From: Alphaproteobacteria bacterium
GTDB taxonomy: Bacteria > Pseudomonadota > Alphaproteobacteria > UBA8366 > GCA-2717185
Reading direction: 5' to 3'
DNA length: 64,000 bases
NCBI GenBank assembly: GCA_040905865.1
Contig: JBBDQU010000083.1
Location: 1,539 to 65,538, forward strand
In this document: positions 63,089 through 64,000 of the stretch, in pieces
How positions within the stretch are numbered: the first letter of the stretch is position 1
How the letters are laid out: each line of letters begins with the position of its first letter
The notes under the pieces: model-generated
What the model was told of the DNA's origin: nothing
Databases searched by the model: none
The model's input: only the letters and a program-made list of their open reading frames with translations
Position numbers and translations under genes: made by a program

Positions 63089-63964
63089 ATGAGGGATCCG
63101 TACGAAATTCTCGGCGTTTCGCCGACGGCGAGCGATGCCGAACTGAAATCGGCCTATCGGAAGCTTGCCAAGGAACTGCATCCGGACGTCAACCCCGGCG
63201 ATACAATCGTGGAACAGCGCTTCAAGGAAGTGTCGTCCGCATACAGAATGCTGTCCGACAGGGAAACCCGCGCAAATTATGATCGCGGCGAAATCAATGC
63301 CGACGGTTCACCGCGCATGAGCAGCATGTTCCGTGGCGGCGCCCGCGCAGGGTCTGCGCCTGACCTGGACGACCTTGTCGCAAATATGTTCGGTCGCCGG
63401 CGGCAGCGCCAGCCGGTCAAGGGGCAGGGGGCCACCTATTCGATTACGGTACCCTTTTTGGAAGCGGCATTGGGCGGTACGCGGCGTATCCGCCTGCATG
63501 ACGGCAAGCATCTGGAAGTAAATATCCCCGCCGCCACCAAGGATGGGGACAGCCTGCGTCTAAAGGGACAGGGCATGCCAAGTCCCAATGGCGGTCCGAA
63601 TGGTGATGCGTTCGTCGAATTGCAGGTCAGTCGCCACCCTTTTTTCGTGCGTGACGGGCTTGATATCCGTGTGGACGTACCGATCACACTCGCGGAAGCC
63701 GTATTGGGGGCCAAGATCAAGATTCCGACGATACATGGCCCGGTCAGCGTAACCATCCCGCCCGGGACCAATACGGGCAAGGCGCTGCGATTGAAGGGCA
63801 AGGGCATCGTGATCGAAAAGGGCGGAGACAGGGAGTGCGGCAGCGAGTATGTACAGTTGAAGGTCGTGCTGCCGGACGAGCCCGACTCCAGACTCCAGGA
63901 CTTCGCGCGGGAATGGGCCAGGACCGGCGATTACGATGTCCGCCGGAAGGCGGGACTGGAATAA
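63089..63964 (+). CDS. DnaJ-class co-chaperone without zinc finger (CbpA-like)
   Basis: 291 aa. J-domain DPYEILGV...AYRKLAKELHPDVN. There is no Cys-rich repeat. The C-terminal DnaJ_C beta domains read ...GATYSITVPFLEAALGGTRRI... Confidence 0.88.
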   Translation: MRDPYEILGVSPTASDAELKSAYRKLAKELHPDVNPGDTIVEQRFKEVSSAYRMLSDRETRANYDRGEINADGSPRMSSMFRGGARAGSAPDLDDLVANMFGRRRQRQPVKGQGATYSITVPFLEAALGGTRRIRLHDGKHLEVNIPAATKDGDSLRLKGQGMPSPNGGPNGDAFVELQVSRHPFFVRDGLDIRVDVPITLAEAVLGAKIKIPTIHGPVSVTIPPGTNTGKALRLKGKGIVIEKGGDRECGSEYVQLKVVLPDEPDSRLQDFAREWARTGDYDVRRKAGLE

Positions 63965-64000
63965 CAGGAATTGGTTCGGAAATTGCGACACTTGCCTTGG

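Overview
This is a GC-rich 64-kb chromosomal segment that looks alphaproteobacterial: it has an ALAS-type hemA, a CpdR-like single-domain receiver, a short flagellin and PhoCDET/PhnCDE-type transporters. I can support about 70 protein-coding genes, one tRNA-Val(GAC), several gene remnants and two families of dispersed palindromic repeats.

Left to right:
- A partial secreted glycine-rich protein.
- An IclR-associated acyl-CoA activation, desaturation, hydration and C-C-cleavage block (788-10689).
- A SemiSWEET and a split TPP decarboxylase pair, then flagellin.
- A Lon-like protease, a DUF4126 protein, a class A PBP, two small membrane proteins and MscS.
- An IS110-family remnant, a class III cyclase and a DgcN/DgcA pair.
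- Signalling and cell-wall genes.
- tRNA-Val, followed by a ~16-kb mosaic region. Here a complete C-P lyase core (phnGHIJKLM plus HD and DUF1045 genes) is flanked by two phosphonate ABC importers and bordered or interrupted by IS5/IS1182, IS6, serine-recombinase, tyrosine-integrase and other gene fragments. Each phn transcription unit carries an 11-bp-phased Pho-box-like array.
- A lipoprotein plus two-component module bracketed by a perfect 27-bp direct repeat.
- An MBL + double cNMP-binding protein.
- Metabolic and housekeeping genes: DJ-1/GlxA, a cyclase-family hydrolase, an S41 peptidase, an ATP-grasp protein, an aminotransferase, hemA, an SDR, a CDF transporter, pdxH, a lipoprotein and a DnaJ-like protein.

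I found no CRISPR array, rRNA, prophage or recognisable defence system. The most unusual signals are:
- a 64-bp palindromic element whose termini provide stop codons of flanking genes;
- the 27-bp-repeat-bounded module next to an integrase remnant;
- the mosaic tRNA-linked phosphonate region;
- an acyl-CoA cluster that lacks a hydroxyacyl-CoA dehydrogenase.

Many long ORFs in the track are GC-driven shadow ORFs opposite real genes and were not called. All family assignments come from motif recognition by eye, and start codons are by inspection only.
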